A stretch of 39,923 bases of DNA, from the IMG/VR virus record IMGVR_UViG_3300015175_000005, positions 1 to 39,923 of that record, one strand, 5' to 3'. This document shows, piece after piece, positions 21,656 through 31,740 of the stretch; position 1 is the stretch's first letter; each line of letters begins with the position of its first letter. Below the pieces are notes generated by a model. It worked only from the letters and a program-made list of their open reading frames with translations, was not told the origin of the DNA and made no database searches. This stretch comes from a virus. A program made the translations under genes and the position numbers.

Positions 21656-22600
21656 ATGGCTTCCATCGTCAATCAGATGATCGGCTCCACCGACCTCGGC
21701 GGCGGCCTCATCCCCACCGAGTACTCCACCCAGATCATCCAGGACATCCCCAAGCAGAGCGTCATGCTCTCCCGCGCACGCCGGATCACGATGAGCACCC
21801 GCACCCGCACCCAGCCGGTATTGGACTCCAAGCCCATCGCCTACTGGGTCGGCGGCGACACCGGACTGAAGCAGACCACGAAGATGGGCTGGAGCGGCCT
21901 GAACATCACCGCCGAGGAGCTCGCCGCGATCGTGCCGATCCCGGAAGCCGTCATCGACGACGCCGGCATCCCCGTCTGGGACGAGGTCATGCCGCGTCTG
22001 GTCTCGGCCATCGGCTACAAGCTCGACCAGGCATGCCTGTTCGGCACCGACAAGCCGTCCAGCTTCCCGAACGGCATCGTCCCGCAGGCCATCGCCGTGG
22101 GCAACAAGCTCACCCAGGGCGAGGACCTCGCCGCCGACGTGGCCACCATGGGCCAGAAGCTCGCCGAACAGGGCTACGCGATGAACGGCTTCGCCAGCAA
22201 GCCCGGCCTGAACTGGCAGCTCATCGGCCTGCGCTCCAGCAACGGCGCGCCGATCTACGTGCCGTCCCTCGCCGACGGCGCGCCGTCCACCCTGTACGGC
22301 TACCAGCTCAACGAGGTGAACAACGGCGCATGGGACACCACAAAGGCCGTGCTGCTCGGAGCCGACTGGACGAACTTCGTCATCGGCGTCCGCCAGGACA
22401 TCACCTTCAAGATGCTCGACCAGGCACCCATCACCGACGACGACGGCAAGGTCATCCTCAACCTCGCCCAGCAGGACTGCATCGCCATGCGCGTCGTGTT
22501 CCGCGCCGGCTTCCAGATCGCCAACCCGATCAACGACGTGCAGTCGGACAAGGCGAAGCGCTTCCCGGCGTTCGTCATCCAGCCCGCCACAGGCAGGTGA
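21656..22600 (+). CDS. Major capsid protein (HK97-fold type)
   Basis: 314 aa with a GGAAGGAGAAG RBS. Position after the scaffold and typical composition. Confidence 0.9.
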   Translation: MASIVNQMIGSTDLGGGLIPTEYSTQIIQDIPKQSVMLSRARRITMSTRTRTQPVLDSKPIAYWVGGDTGLKQTTKMGWSGLNITAEELAAIVPIPEAVIDDAGIPVWDEVMPRLVSAIGYKLDQACLFGTDKPSSFPNGIVPQAIAVGNKLTQGEDLAADVATMGQKLAEQGYAMNGFASKPGLNWQLIGLRSSNGAPIYVPSLADGAPSTLYGYQLNEVNNGAWDTTKAVLLGADWTNFVIGVRQDITFKMLDQAPITDDDGKVILNLAQQDCIAMRVVFRAGFQIANPINDVQSDKAKRFPAFVIQPATGR

Positions 22601-22608
22601 GGCGCGCC

Positions 22609-23079
22609 ATGGCATTGACACGACAGGTCACATTCGTCCAGCAGGACAAGATCGACGACCATCTGCCGGTCGAGCGGCTGGCCGCGTTCGACTCGGCCGG
22701 CGGCCCGGTCACGGTCGGCGGAGGAGCCGCGTACACGCTCCCCAAGGCCACCGCCGCCGTGCTCGGCGGCGTGAAGATCGGCGACAACATCACCATCGCG
22801 TCCGACGGCGCCATCTCCGCGCCTGCACCATACGCGCTGCCCGCCGCCACGGCGAATGCATTGGGCGGCGTAAAGCTGCAGGTGTTCGACGAAGCGATCG
22901 GCAACGCGAACTCCGCCGTGGCGAAGACCTCCGGCGAATCCACGACGAAGGCCGAATTCGACGCGCTCGTGGACGCCTACAACGCGCTGGCCGCCCAATT
23001 CAACCGGCTCATCAGCGGCCTCGCCTCCTCCGGCGTCATCAAACCGCCGGCCTCCTCCCGACAAGAGACGGCGCGATGA
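22609..23079 (+). CDS. Head fibre / decoration-like structural protein
   Basis: ATG 22609 (internal start of the 22033 ORF). Duplicated motif YTLPKATAAVLGGVKIG / YALPAATANALGGVKLQ. Confidence 0.7.
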   Translation: MALTRQVTFVQQDKIDDHLPVERLAAFDSAGGPVTVGGGAAYTLPKATAAVLGGVKIGDNITIASDGAISAPAPYALPAATANALGGVKLQVFDEAIGNANSAVAKTSGESTTKAEFDALVDAYNALAAQFNRLISGLASSGVIKPPASSRQETAR

Positions 23080-23465
23080 CCGATGACCAACCGCAGACGG
23101 CGGCGTTCGCCACCGTCGACGATCTGGCGGCACGCTGGCGGGTCCTCTCCGATTCGGAGAGACGGCAGGCCGAAACCCTGCTGGACGATGCGAGCGACCT
23201 GATCCGCGCCGAATGCCCGACGTATGTGGATGCGGGCCGGTCGACGCTGAAGCGCATCACGTGCGCGATCGTGAAAAGAGCCATGCTGGCCGGCGGGGAC
23301 GCGGCTGGAATCAGCCAGTCAAGCCAGACCGCAGGCCCCTTCACCGAAAGCCTCACGTACGCGAACCCCGCCGGCGACCTGTACCTCACGAACGCCGAGA
23401 GGACATCCCTCGGCCTGAAAAGACAACGCGCCTTCAGCGTCGAACTCGTGGGGGAGGAACAATGA
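23076..23465 (+). CDS. Head-tail connector (gp6-like adaptor)
   Basis: TVDDLAARWRVLSDSERRQAETLLDDASDLIRAE is the typical N-terminal pattern. Overlapping start and stop. Confidence 0.8.
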   Translation: MTDDQPQTAAFATVDDLAARWRVLSDSERRQAETLLDDASDLIRAECPTYVDAGRSTLKRITCAIVKRAMLAGGDAAGISQSSQTAGPFTESLTYANPAGDLYLTNAERTSLGLKRQRAFSVELVGEEQ

Positions 23466-23803
23466 TCCGCGGTGAGAGCGTCACCGTGCTCCGCCCATCC
23501 AAAACCGACGGGAATGGGAAATACAACGCGCAGACCGCGAAATGGTCGGACGAGCCGGTGGACGACGTACTGCTCGGAACGGCCGCCCCGGCCGACGTGC
23601 AGGACGGCACGCGGCCGAACGCCCTGAGCGTCGACCTGACGGCCTACTTCCCGCGCGGCTACACAAAACCGCTTCGCGGCTGCCGCATACGCGCGCGCGG
23701 CCGCGTCTGGCAGGTCGTCGGCGACCCGATCCCGTATGACGGCGGACTCGCGCCGACCAAATGGAATCTCGCCGTGAACCTGCATCGTACCGACGGAAGG
23801 TGA
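23462..23803 (+). CDS. Head closure / head-tail joining protein
   Basis: ATG 23462 after GGGGAGGAACA. Size and position in the neck module. Confidence 0.7.
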   Translation: MIRGESVTVLRPSKTDGNGKYNAQTAKWSDEPVDDVLLGTAAPADVQDGTRPNALSVDLTAYFPRGYTKPLRGCRIRARGRVWQVVGDPIPYDGGLAPTKWNLAVNLHRTDGR

Positions 23804-23806
23804 ATC

Positions 23807-24127
23807 ATGACGGACTTCAAAGTCTCGAAGAAGTGGTTAGAGAAGAACGTCCTCTCCAACCCTGCCGTAAGGGACGCCCTGGACGCGAAGGCGCGGCGCA
23901 TCGCACCCATCGTGAAGCGCATCGCCCTGAAGGAAGGCGACCGCGCATACGCGGAATCCGTACGCATCCAAACCGGCCGGCGTCCGGGCGCGAAATCGCC
24001 GACGCGCATCGCCCGCCCATACGCGCGGGTCATCATCGGCGACGAGCATGCCATGGAGAAGGAGCACGGCTCCAAATACTTCCCCAAGAAGGGCTTCCTC
24101 CGGCGTGCGGTCATGGAAGCGGGGTGA
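23807..24127 (+). CDS. Neck/tail component (HK97 gp10-like)
   Basis: 106 aa. Called by position. The EKEHGSKYFPKKGFLRRA-type C-terminus resembles gp10-family proteins. Confidence 0.7.
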   Translation: MTDFKVSKKWLEKNVLSNPAVRDALDAKARRIAPIVKRIALKEGDRAYAESVRIQTGRRPGAKSPTRIARPYARVIIGDEHAMEKEHGSKYFPKKGFLRRAVMEAG

Positions 24128-24133
24128 CGGCAT

Positions 24134-24529
24134 ATGAGTGTGAGGCTCGAAGGCTCATGGCCACCGCCCCTGCCCATCGTCATCCGATGGCTCGCCGACC
24201 ATGCCGGTGTGAAGGCGCTGACCGCGATCCCGGAGAACCTGCCAGATTCCCTGCCGGCCGTGGTCGTGAGCCCCGCCCCTGCGGGCGTCGACATGGGCGA
24301 CTACACGCGCTCCGGCGGCGTGGACATCGACGTGTACGCGGCCGACTGGGAGTCCATGGACGTGACGATATCCTCCGTCACCTCCGCCCTCGCCTCGCTG
24401 CAGGGCGACGGCAACGAGTACGGGTACGTCGACTCGTCCGAACTGACCCCGTTCTCCGCCATCGCAGACCCCGACCCCGACGTGCTCCGCTGCACCGCGA
24501 CGGTCACGCTCAGCACAAGACCACAATGA
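24134..24529 (+). CDS. Tail terminator-like protein
   Basis: 131 aa, immediately upstream of the major tail protein. Confidence 0.7.
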   Translation: MSVRLEGSWPPPLPIVIRWLADHAGVKALTAIPENLPDSLPAVVVSPAPAGVDMGDYTRSGGVDIDVYAADWESMDVTISSVTSALASLQGDGNEYGYVDSSELTPFSAIADPDPDVLRCTATVTLSTRPQ

Positions 24530-24549
24530 TTTTCCGATAGAAGGAGGAA

Positions 24550-25221
24550 ATGATGGCTGCAACAGACGTGGTCAGCATTCTCAACGACAACAACAGGAAC
24601 GTCCGCAAATGGGGCACCCAACTGCTCGCCATCGCGGACTACTCCACCGCGATGCCGGCCGATTTCTTCGACGCCGCGACCAACAAGCCGAACGCGCTGC
24701 CCGAGGGATTCAAGGTCCTCGGATACATCAGCACCGACGGAGCGAAGATGAGCCGAGGCATCGAATCCTCGGACACCAACGCCGTGCAGGACCTGGAGCC
24801 CGTACGCTCCGACATCACCGGCCGCACCCGCACCCTGCAGGTCGTGTTCCTCGAGATGAACGCATGGGTGAAGGCCCTCGCCCACGGCCTGCCAGTATCC
24901 AAATGGCCGACCAAGGCCGACGATGGCTTCGAGTTCACCGACGGCGAGGCCACGGACTTCCCGTACTACAGGCTGATCTGGCTCGGCCAGGACGGCGTCG
25001 GCGCTGACGCCCACTACCGCATAGAGGCCGGATACCGTGTCAAGGTCACCAACCAGGGCGACAGCACGAAGAACCGCTCCGACGCGGAGAACGAGGACCA
25101 GACCTTCACGTTCTTCCGAGACCCGAAGACCGGCAAGGTCTTCTACGAGGGCGAGAAGATCGCCAAGGCGTCATCGGAGTCCCCGAGACAGGCTTCCATC
25201 ACGCCGGACCCATCCAAATAG
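24550..25221 (+). CDS. Major tail protein
   Basis: 223 aa with a GAAGGAGGAA RBS. Followed by a strong hairpin and then the chaperone pair. Confidence 0.8.
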   Translation: MMAATDVVSILNDNNRNVRKWGTQLLAIADYSTAMPADFFDAATNKPNALPEGFKVLGYISTDGAKMSRGIESSDTNAVQDLEPVRSDITGRTRTLQVVFLEMNAWVKALAHGLPVSKWPTKADDGFEFTDGEATDFPYYRLIWLGQDGVGADAHYRIEAGYRVKVTNQGDSTKNRSDAENEDQTFTFFRDPKTGKVFYEGEKIAKASSESPRQASITPDPSK

Positions 25222-25237
25222 CCCTCGACCCATTCTT

Positions 25238-25277
25238 CCCGCACCGGGCTTTTCCTCGTTTCTTTCACCGGTGCGGG
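25238..25277 (+). terminator. Stem-loop (attenuator) after the major tail gene
   Basis: CCCGCACCGG (25238-25247) and CCGGTGCGGG (25268-25277) form a 10-bp perfect stem with a 20-nt loop. Confidence 0.5.
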
Positions 25278-25331
25278 ACCCGCCTTATTCTTCCGCCGAA
25301 AAGGAACGCTGCTCTTTGAAAGGATCGAGCA

Positions 25332-25679
25332 ATGACCGACGAAAAACGCAAAGTCCGCTCTCTCAATGCCATCAAGGCGAAATACCTGGAATCCCATCCC
25401 GCGATCCCGGAATGGATCGAATTCACCATCGACGACAAGCCGGACGCGCAGGTGTTCCGCATCCACTCGCCCCTGTTCCAGACCAACGCCGAGAAGCGCA
25501 TGTTCGCGCACGCTCAGGAAAGCGGCGACGAGTTCGAACTGGCCAAGGCGCTCCTCGGGGACCAGTGGAAGGCGTTCGACAGGGACGGAGGGGCGGTCAG
25601 CCTGCTCATGCTCCTGCTCAACGACGTGGCCGAATCCATGACGGGGACCGACGGCGAGGGAAACCCTACGACGCTTTAG
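25332..25679 (+). CDS. Tail assembly chaperone (gpG-like)
   Basis: 115 aa between the major tail and tape measure genes. Contains a slippery heptamer near its 3' end. Confidence 0.85.
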   Translation: MTDEKRKVRSLNAIKAKYLESHPAIPEWIEFTIDDKPDAQVFRIHSPLFQTNAEKRMFAHAQESGDEFELAKALLGDQWKAFDRDGGAVSLLMLLLNDVAESMTGTDGEGNPTTL

Positions 25680-26110
25680 AGCTCCTCGACGGCAACGGGC
25701 ACGCGGAGGAGCTGGAGGCCGCGCTGTGCGCCGTCTACGCCCCACGCGACCCGATCAGGGAGTTCTGGCAGGGGCTCATCAGCCTGCGCGCCCTGCATGC
25801 GCTGATCGTGCACATGCCACCCGACAACGTGTTCTACCGCGCCCTCGCGGGCGACGGGTGGAGCGAATCGGAGTGGCTGCTGCATGACCTGGGCGACATG
25901 CTCCGCGACATCCAGCTGACTGTCACCCAGTGCGCCCCGTTCGTCGAGCATCCACTCGAGGAGGGGGATATCCGCCCGCGCACTCGCCCTCCGGCGGTCG
26001 TGCTGGCGGAATCCAAGCGCGAACAGACGCCCGCCGACGGCAGGGCGCTGCATGCGCGTGAGCGCGACGAGCTCATGGCCCTCGTCTTGGGCGATCAAAC
26101 GAGAAAATGA
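25332..26110 (+). CDS. Tail assembly chaperone frameshift product (gpGT-like)
   Basis: A -1 shift at 25658-25664 joins ...DGEGK to PYDALELLDGNGHAEELE...GDQTRK, the 3' part of the 25037..26110 ORF. Confidence 0.75.
25658..25664 (+). promoter_or_regulatory. -1 programmed ribosomal frameshift slippery site G_GGA_AAC
   Basis: X_XXY_YYZ heptamer in the zero frame of the chaperone gene, 15 nt before its stop. The -1 frame stays open to 26110. Confidence 0.8.
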
Positions 26111-26126
26111 ACAGTGAGGTGGCCTC

Positions 26127-29100
26127 ATGGCCGGTACAGCCGCGTGGATAGACGTGCTCCCCAACCTGAGCGCGTTTGGCGCAAAGCTCAACAGCGGCGT
26201 GACGGCCGCGGCCACGTCGGCCGGCAGAAACGCCGGCAAACGCTTCTCCGACGCGATGAACCAGGCCGCGTCGGGCGACGTGCTGTCCGAACAGGTCAAA
26301 AGCCTCGAGGCCGCCGAAGGACGCGCCCGGAAGGCCGTGAACGCGGCCACCGCCCAGATCGCCAAGGCGCGCGACGAGCAGAAGAGCGCCGCGCTGCGCG
26401 CACAGGCCGCGGAGACGGGGCTTTCCGAAACCGTCGCGAAATACGGCGCCTCGTCCGCGCAGGCGCTCAACGCGCAGGCGCGTCTGAACGACGCGCGCAG
26501 CAAGGCCCGTCAGAAGGACGAGGCGCTCAAGAACGCCGAGGAGCAGATCAGCGCCGCGCAGAACGGTTTGAAGGAGACCCAGAACCAGCTGGCGGACGCA
26601 CAGCGCAAGGCGTCCAACACGACCGGCGGGTTCCGCGCCACGCTCGCCAAATGGAAGGCCGCCGCCGACGCGGCGAGATTCTCCACCGGCACCCTCACCG
26701 AAGCGCAGACGCGCCTGGGCGAGGCCAGCCGCCGCACGGCCGCACGGTTCGGCGCCATGGCCGGAGCGGTGGGAGGATTCGCGTCGAGCATCGCCGGCAA
26801 GGCCATCGCCGGCATCGCATCCCTCGGCTCGTCCATGGTCGACGCGTCCGACTCCGCGCAGAAGTTCGCCAGCACCATGGGCTTCGCCGACGTGGACGCG
26901 GACACCATCAGACGTCTGACCGCGTCCACGCAGGAGTACGCCGACAAGACGGTGTTCGACCTGAGCGACATCAGGAACACGACGGCCCAATTGGCCGCGA
27001 ACGGCGTGGACAACTACGCCAAGCTGGCCGAGGCCGCCGGCAATCTGACCGCCGTGGCCGGAGGCGGAGCTGACGCGTACAAGAGCGTCGCCATGGCGTT
27101 GACGCAGACCGCCGGCGCCGGCAAGCTCACCACGGAGAACTGGAACCAGATCGCCGACGCCATCCCCGGAGCATCCGGTAAGCTGCAGAAGGCCATGAAG
27201 GACAACGGCGCGTACACGGGGGACTTCCGCGATGCCATGGAGAAGGGCCAGATCTCGGCCGACGAGTTCAACCAGGCTTTGCTCCAGCTCGGCATGGATG
27301 ACGTGGCCAAGAAGGCCGCCTCCTCGACCAGCACGTTCGAGGGCGCGATGGGCAACTGGCAGGCCGCCCTGCAGAAGCTCGGCGCGACCGCGCTCGACAA
27401 GGTCAAGCCACAGTTGACCGGCGCATTGGACTTCATGAGCGACAAGGTCACCGATTTCACGGACTGGTTCTCCGGCGCGTGGAACGGCCTGTCGCAGAAC
27501 ACGACGCTCAACGGGTTCCTCACCTCGACGCGGGACCTGTTCTCCTCCGTGTTCGACGTCGCGAAAAACAAGGTCACAGGATTCTTTGCCGCGTTCAAAA
27601 ACACCGGAGCGTTACAGACAGTCTCGCAGGCGTTTGGCGTGGTCGTCGACGCGGCAAAAAGCCTCGGAGGCGCGTTCAATGATGTGATGTCGCGGTTCGG
27701 CGCGCTTGCCGGACTATCCGGAGACGCCAGCGCCTTCGGCGACGTCGTGGGCAAGGCGTTCCAAGGCGCGTCCGTCCTCGTCGACAAGGCGGCGGGAGCG
27801 TTGGGCCGCGTCAGCGGCTGGGTGTCGCAGAACTCCGGGATGGTCGCCGGCGCGTTGGCGTCGATCGCCGGAGGGTTTGCCGCGTTCAAGGCCGCGACGC
27901 TGATCACGGCTGCCGTCAACGCGCTCAAAGGGTTCAGCCTCGCCTCGACTGCCGCGGCCGCCGCGCAGTCGGTGTTGAACGTGGCCATGAACGCCAACCC
28001 GTTCGTGTTGACCGTCACCGCCGTCGGCGCGGCCGTGACCGCATTCACATGGTTCTTCACCCAGACCGAGACCGGGCGGAACATCGTCTCCACGGCGTGG
28101 ACCGGCATCCAAAACGCGGTCAGTGTCGTCGTGACATGGTTCCAGACGTATGTGGTTCCGGTCTTCCAGACCGTGTGGGGCGCGTTGCAGACCGGCTTCC
28201 AGATCGTCGGACAGATGTTCTCCACGGTGTGGAACGCGATCAAGACCGCCTTCCAGGTCGGGTTCCTGTTCATCAGCACCGTGGTCCTCACCCCGTTCAA
28301 GCTCGCGTTCGACGCGCTCGGAGCGGCGTTCAACTGGCTGTATGCGAACGTGATCCAACCGGTGTGGGCTGGAATCCAAGCGGTGTTCCAAGCGGCTTGG
28401 TCGTGGATCGATTCGAATGTGATCCAACCGTTCCAAGCCGGTCTCGACGCCATCGGCACGGTGTTCAACTGGCTGTATGCGAACATCATCAAACCGGTGT
28501 GGGCTGCGATCAGCGGAGCGTTCCAGACCGCGTGGAACTGGATCGACCAGAACGTGGTGCAACCGTTCAAAGCGGGCATGGATGCGCTCGGACAGAGCGT
28601 CCAGCACATGAAGGACATGGCCTCCAAGGCGTGGGACTCGCTCAAGGAGGCCGCCGCGTCACCGGTGCGGTTCGTGGTCAACACCGTCTATACCAACGGC
28701 ATCCAGAAGGTGTGGAACGGCATCGCCGGAGCCATCGGACTCGACAACCTCAAACTTCCCGACGCGAAGATCAAGTTCGCGTCTGGCGGCGTCATACCGG
28801 GCTACACGCCGGGCCGTGACGTGACGATGGCGGCCGTGAGCGGCGGCGAGGCGATCATGCGCCCCGAGTTCACGCGCGCGGTAGGCAAACAGCAGATCTA
28901 CGAGTGGAACCGTCTCGCACGAGTGGGTGGAGCGCAGGCCGTGCGCGACAGCATGACAGGCGTGCCGCATTATGCGAACGGCGGCGTCGTGCCGGCGTCG
29001 CAGGCCATCGCCAACGCCAACCGGGCGACGGCCGGCTCCGGATTGCTCGACAAGTTCGGCGACTTCCTCTCGGGACCCGCCGAATGGGTACGCTCCAAGA

Positions 29101-29858
29101 TCCTCGACCCCGTCACGAACATGGTCAAAACCATCGGCGGCGGCAACTGGGGAAGCATGATGGGCAGCCTGCCCGTCAGCCTCGCCAAGGGATTGGTGGA
29201 CAAGGCCGTCAACGCCGTCAAGGACTCCTTCTCCGTCATCGGCGGCAACACATCCACCGGTTCCACCGGGGGCGCCGGCGTGGAACGGTGGCGCGGCCTG
29301 GTCAACCAGGTGCTGACCATGCTCGGCCAGCCGACCAGCTGGGCGGACACGGTGCTGCGCCGCATGAATCAGGAGTCCGGCGGCAATCCGAACGCCATCA
29401 ACAACTGGGATTCCAACGCCAAGGCCGGTCACCCGTCGCAAGGCCTGATGCAGACCATTCCGGGAACATTCGCAGCCTATGCGGGGCCTTATCTGGCGCG
29501 TGGCATCACTGACCCGCTCGCCAACATCTACGCCGGCGTGAATTACGCACTGCACCGTTACGGCAGTCTTTCCGCCTTGAACCGCGCGGGCGGCTACGCT
29601 CTCGGCGGCATCGTCGAAGATCGTCCGACCCTGTACGACCGCGGCGGCATCCTGCCTCCCGGACGGCATCTCGTCGCCAACGAGACCAGGCAGCCCGAAC
29701 TCGTCCTGACGCGCGAGCAGATAGTCAGGATCTTCGGCTCCGACGTCAAGGACAAGGGCGACAGGACCGTGAACCTCAACGTGAGCATCCCCGAACGCTC
29801 CGACCCATGGAGCGATGCGTCGATCCTGGTGCGCACGGCGCGGCACCAACTGAGATAA
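26127..29858 (+). CDS. Tape measure protein with C-terminal lytic transglycosylase (SLT) domain
   Basis: 1243 aa with a coiled-coil N-terminus and hydrophobic repeat core. The SLT-like motif MNQESGGNPNAINNWDSNAKAGHPSQGLMQTIPGTF lies near the C-terminus. Confidence 0.95.
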   Translation: MAGTAAWIDVLPNLSAFGAKLNSGVTAAATSAGRNAGKRFSDAMNQAASGDVLSEQVKSLEAAEGRARKAVNAATAQIAKARDEQKSAALRAQAAETGLSETVAKYGASSAQALNAQARLNDARSKARQKDEALKNAEEQISAAQNGLKETQNQLADAQRKASNTTGGFRATLAKWKAAADAARFSTGTLTEAQTRLGEASRRTAARFGAMAGAVGGFASSIAGKAIAGIASLGSSMVDASDSAQKFASTMGFADVDADTIRRLTASTQEYADKTVFDLSDIRNTTAQLAANGVDNYAKLAEAAGNLTAVAGGGADAYKSVAMALTQTAGAGKLTTENWNQIADAIPGASGKLQKAMKDNGAYTGDFRDAMEKGQISADEFNQALLQLGMDDVAKKAASSTSTFEGAMGNWQAALQKLGATALDKVKPQLTGALDFMSDKVTDFTDWFSGAWNGLSQNTTLNGFLTSTRDLFSSVFDVAKNKVTGFFAAFKNTGALQTVSQAFGVVVDAAKSLGGAFNDVMSRFGALAGLSGDASAFGDVVGKAFQGASVLVDKAAGALGRVSGWVSQNSGMVAGALASIAGGFAAFKAATLITAAVNALKGFSLASTAAAAAQSVLNVAMNANPFVLTVTAVGAAVTAFTWFFTQTETGRNIVSTAWTGIQNAVSVVVTWFQTYVVPVFQTVWGALQTGFQIVGQMFSTVWNAIKTAFQVGFLFISTVVLTPFKLAFDALGAAFNWLYANVIQPVWAGIQAVFQAAWSWIDSNVIQPFQAGLDAIGTVFNWLYANIIKPVWAAISGAFQTAWNWIDQNVVQPFKAGMDALGQSVQHMKDMASKAWDSLKEAAASPVRFVVNTVYTNGIQKVWNGIAGAIGLDNLKLPDAKIKFASGGVIPGYTPGRDVTMAAVSGGEAIMRPEFTRAVGKQQIYEWNRLARVGGAQAVRDSMTGVPHYANGGVVPASQAIANANRATAGSGLLDKFGDFLSGPAEWVRSKILDPVTNMVKTIGGGNWGSMMGSLPVSLAKGLVDKAVNAVKDSFSVIGGNTSTGSTGGAGVERWRGLVNQVLTMLGQPTSWADTVLRRMNQESGGNPNAINNWDSNAKAGHPSQGLMQTIPGTFAAYAGPYLARGITDPLANIYAGVNYALHRYGSLSALNRAGGYALGGIVEDRPTLYDRGGILPPGRHLVANETRQPELVLTREQIVRIFGSDVKDKGDRTVNLNVSIPERSDPWSDASILVRTARHQLR
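28329..28598 (+). repeat. 135-nt tandem repeat (2 units) inside the tape measure gene
   Basis: TTCAACTGGCTGTATGCGAAC restarts at 28329 and 28464. Peptide units are FNWLYANVIQPVWAGIQAVFQAAWSWIDSNVIQPFQAG and FNWLYANIIKPVWAAISGAFQTAWNWIDQNVVQPFKAG. Confidence 0.7.
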
Positions 29859-29868
29859 GGAGGCCGAT

Positions 29869-30750
29869 GTGGCCTGTTTCGTGGAACTGTCGGCCCCCGG
29901 CATGGAGCCGGTGCGCTTCGAGGGTCTGGGCGACCTTGACTGCCTGTGCGTCGCCAAGGGCGGCATCGAGGGCTGGTGGTCGACTCCGACGGCGAAGGTC
30001 AGCGTGATCGCCCGCGGCCAGGGCGACGGCGGGCACGACGTGAGCGAGGACGACATATCCTACGCCAGCCGTACCGTCACCCTGCACTGGAACGCGAACG
30101 CCTCCGGCCGCGGCGCTCTCACCGTCTTGACCGACAGGGTGCGCAGGCTCGCGCACCGGCTGGTCAAGATGCGGGTGGTCGACGGCATGGAGGACACCTA
30201 CTGCGCCGGCGGGTATCTCACGCTGGCACAGCAGCCGGATTATCGTGCAGGCAGCATCGCCGATTCGACCATCACCATCGTTTTCGAGCGTCCCGAACGC
30301 CTGTCCACGCTGGCGCACTCCGGCGAGGCTCGCGCGTCGGTGGTGCAGGCCGGAGGTCTGAGCTACGGCACCGGCAATGCCGGCCTTGCGTACCCGCTGT
30401 CGTATGGCACGGTATCCGATGGCGCGACGGTCATGCGTCTGCCGAACCAGGGCACAAGCCGCGCCTACCCGACCTACGCGCTTAACGGTGAGTGGCCGAA
30501 TGGCTGCACTCTTCGCCTGGCATGTGATGGGCTGGGTTCGACTCTTGCCTTCAACCGCGCGATTCACACCGGCACACCGGTGCTCCTGGACACACGCTCG
30601 CGTACCGCCACCATGGGAGGCGTGGACGTGTCCTCGGGATTATCGCGGCGTGGCTGGATGACGATACCCGCCGGCAGTGCGCTGACCGTCAATCTCGCCA
30701 CGCCTGGTAGTGGCTGGGTCACATGCGAATCACACGACACATACATGTAA
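29869..30750 (+). CDS. Distal tail protein (Dit-like)
   Basis: GTG start 5 nt after AAGGAGG. 293 aa, directly after the tape measure gene. Confidence 0.75.
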   Translation: MACFVELSAPGMEPVRFEGLGDLDCLCVAKGGIEGWWSTPTAKVSVIARGQGDGGHDVSEDDISYASRTVTLHWNANASGRGALTVLTDRVRRLAHRLVKMRVVDGMEDTYCAGGYLTLAQQPDYRAGSIADSTITIVFERPERLSTLAHSGEARASVVQAGGLSYGTGNAGLAYPLSYGTVSDGATVMRLPNQGTSRAYPTYALNGEWPNGCTLRLACDGLGSTLAFNRAIHTGTPVLLDTRSRTATMGGVDVSSGLSRRGWMTIPAGSALTVNLATPGSGWVTCESHDTYM

Positions 30751-30779
30751 GAACATCGTTCGTTTTGGAGGCGCAATTC

Positions 30780-31727
30780 ATGGTTACCGCTTTGGGTATC
30801 CGTCCCGACGGCAAGAATCAGGGCGTGAGCCCCCAGGTGCACAGGCACATCATCAGCTCGCAGTGGACGAGCGACGGCATCATCCATGGTCTGACCGTGA
30901 CAGGCGGCACCGGACTCACTTACAACGTCGCCGCCGGCACCGCGCTCATCCAGCCGGACGGCCAGAGTGGCGAGGCTGTGCTCGCGTATTGGCCGGGCGG
31001 ACAGACCCCCGCGGTGAGCGCCGGCAACGCAGGACTGAGCCGGTATGACGTCATCTGGCTTCGCGCGCACGACCTTGACAAGGGCGACGCGGACAACCAG
31101 GTCGTGCTTGGCGTCACGCAAGGCACTCCGGCCGCAGATCCGGACGTGCCGCTCGACCAGGTGCCATCCGGCGTGGCGCGGTTGGCGGTCATGCTCGTGC
31201 CCGCCGGCATGACCCAGACCAAATCCTGCAGCGGCGACGGCGCAGAACGATACGCCCTGCCGTACGGCGCGTCCAAGGGTCTGATCGCCCGGAACGTCCG
31301 CAATTACGAGGGTCCGGCGGACATGGGCGACGGCGGCAAGGACTATTTCGAGCAGGACACATCTTTCTATCTGCCGACAGACCGTCTTGTCGAACTTCGG
31401 TATGCTGCAATTGCCTGCGCCTGTCGTCACGAAGATCCGCGGAAGCCGACCGAGAATGCCACGCAGATGGCATGCTGGTACGTCGGCTTCCAGATCGACG
31501 GGAAGGACGTGGCTGGCGGCGGCGGCCAGTTCCAGGTGTCGCGAGCATGGCAGCCTGTCCATCTCAATACGCTCGTCCAATTGTCCGCGGGGTGGCACAC
31601 GGTACGCACGCGCAACCACAGGGTCGCATGGGGCGAGAACGTGTATTTCATCTGCCATTCCGACTCGAAGGAGAACTACCCCGGCCGCACCCTCGAGGTG
31701 TGGGACCGCGGAGTGAACGTCGGTTAA
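30780..31727 (+). CDS. Minor tail protein
   Basis: ATG 30780 after GGAGG (internal start of the 30723 ORF). Position in the tail tip module. Confidence 0.75.
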   Translation: MVTALGIRPDGKNQGVSPQVHRHIISSQWTSDGIIHGLTVTGGTGLTYNVAAGTALIQPDGQSGEAVLAYWPGGQTPAVSAGNAGLSRYDVIWLRAHDLDKGDADNQVVLGVTQGTPAADPDVPLDQVPSGVARLAVMLVPAGMTQTKSCSGDGAERYALPYGASKGLIARNVRNYEGPADMGDGGKDYFEQDTSFYLPTDRLVELRYAAIACACRHEDPRKPTENATQMACWYVGFQIDGKDVAGGGGQFQVSRAWQPVHLNTLVQLSAGWHTVRTRNHRVAWGENVYFICHSDSKENYPGRTLEVWDRGVNVG

Positions 31728-31740
31728 AGGAAGGATCGAT

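Noticed and set aside
25037-25657. 5' part of the 357-aa ORF 25037..26110 as an independent gene.
   Set aside because: It overlaps the major tail gene and the chaperone gene out of frame, with an Arg/Ser/Pro-rich translation. Only the part downstream of the slippery site is used, via the -1 frameshift.
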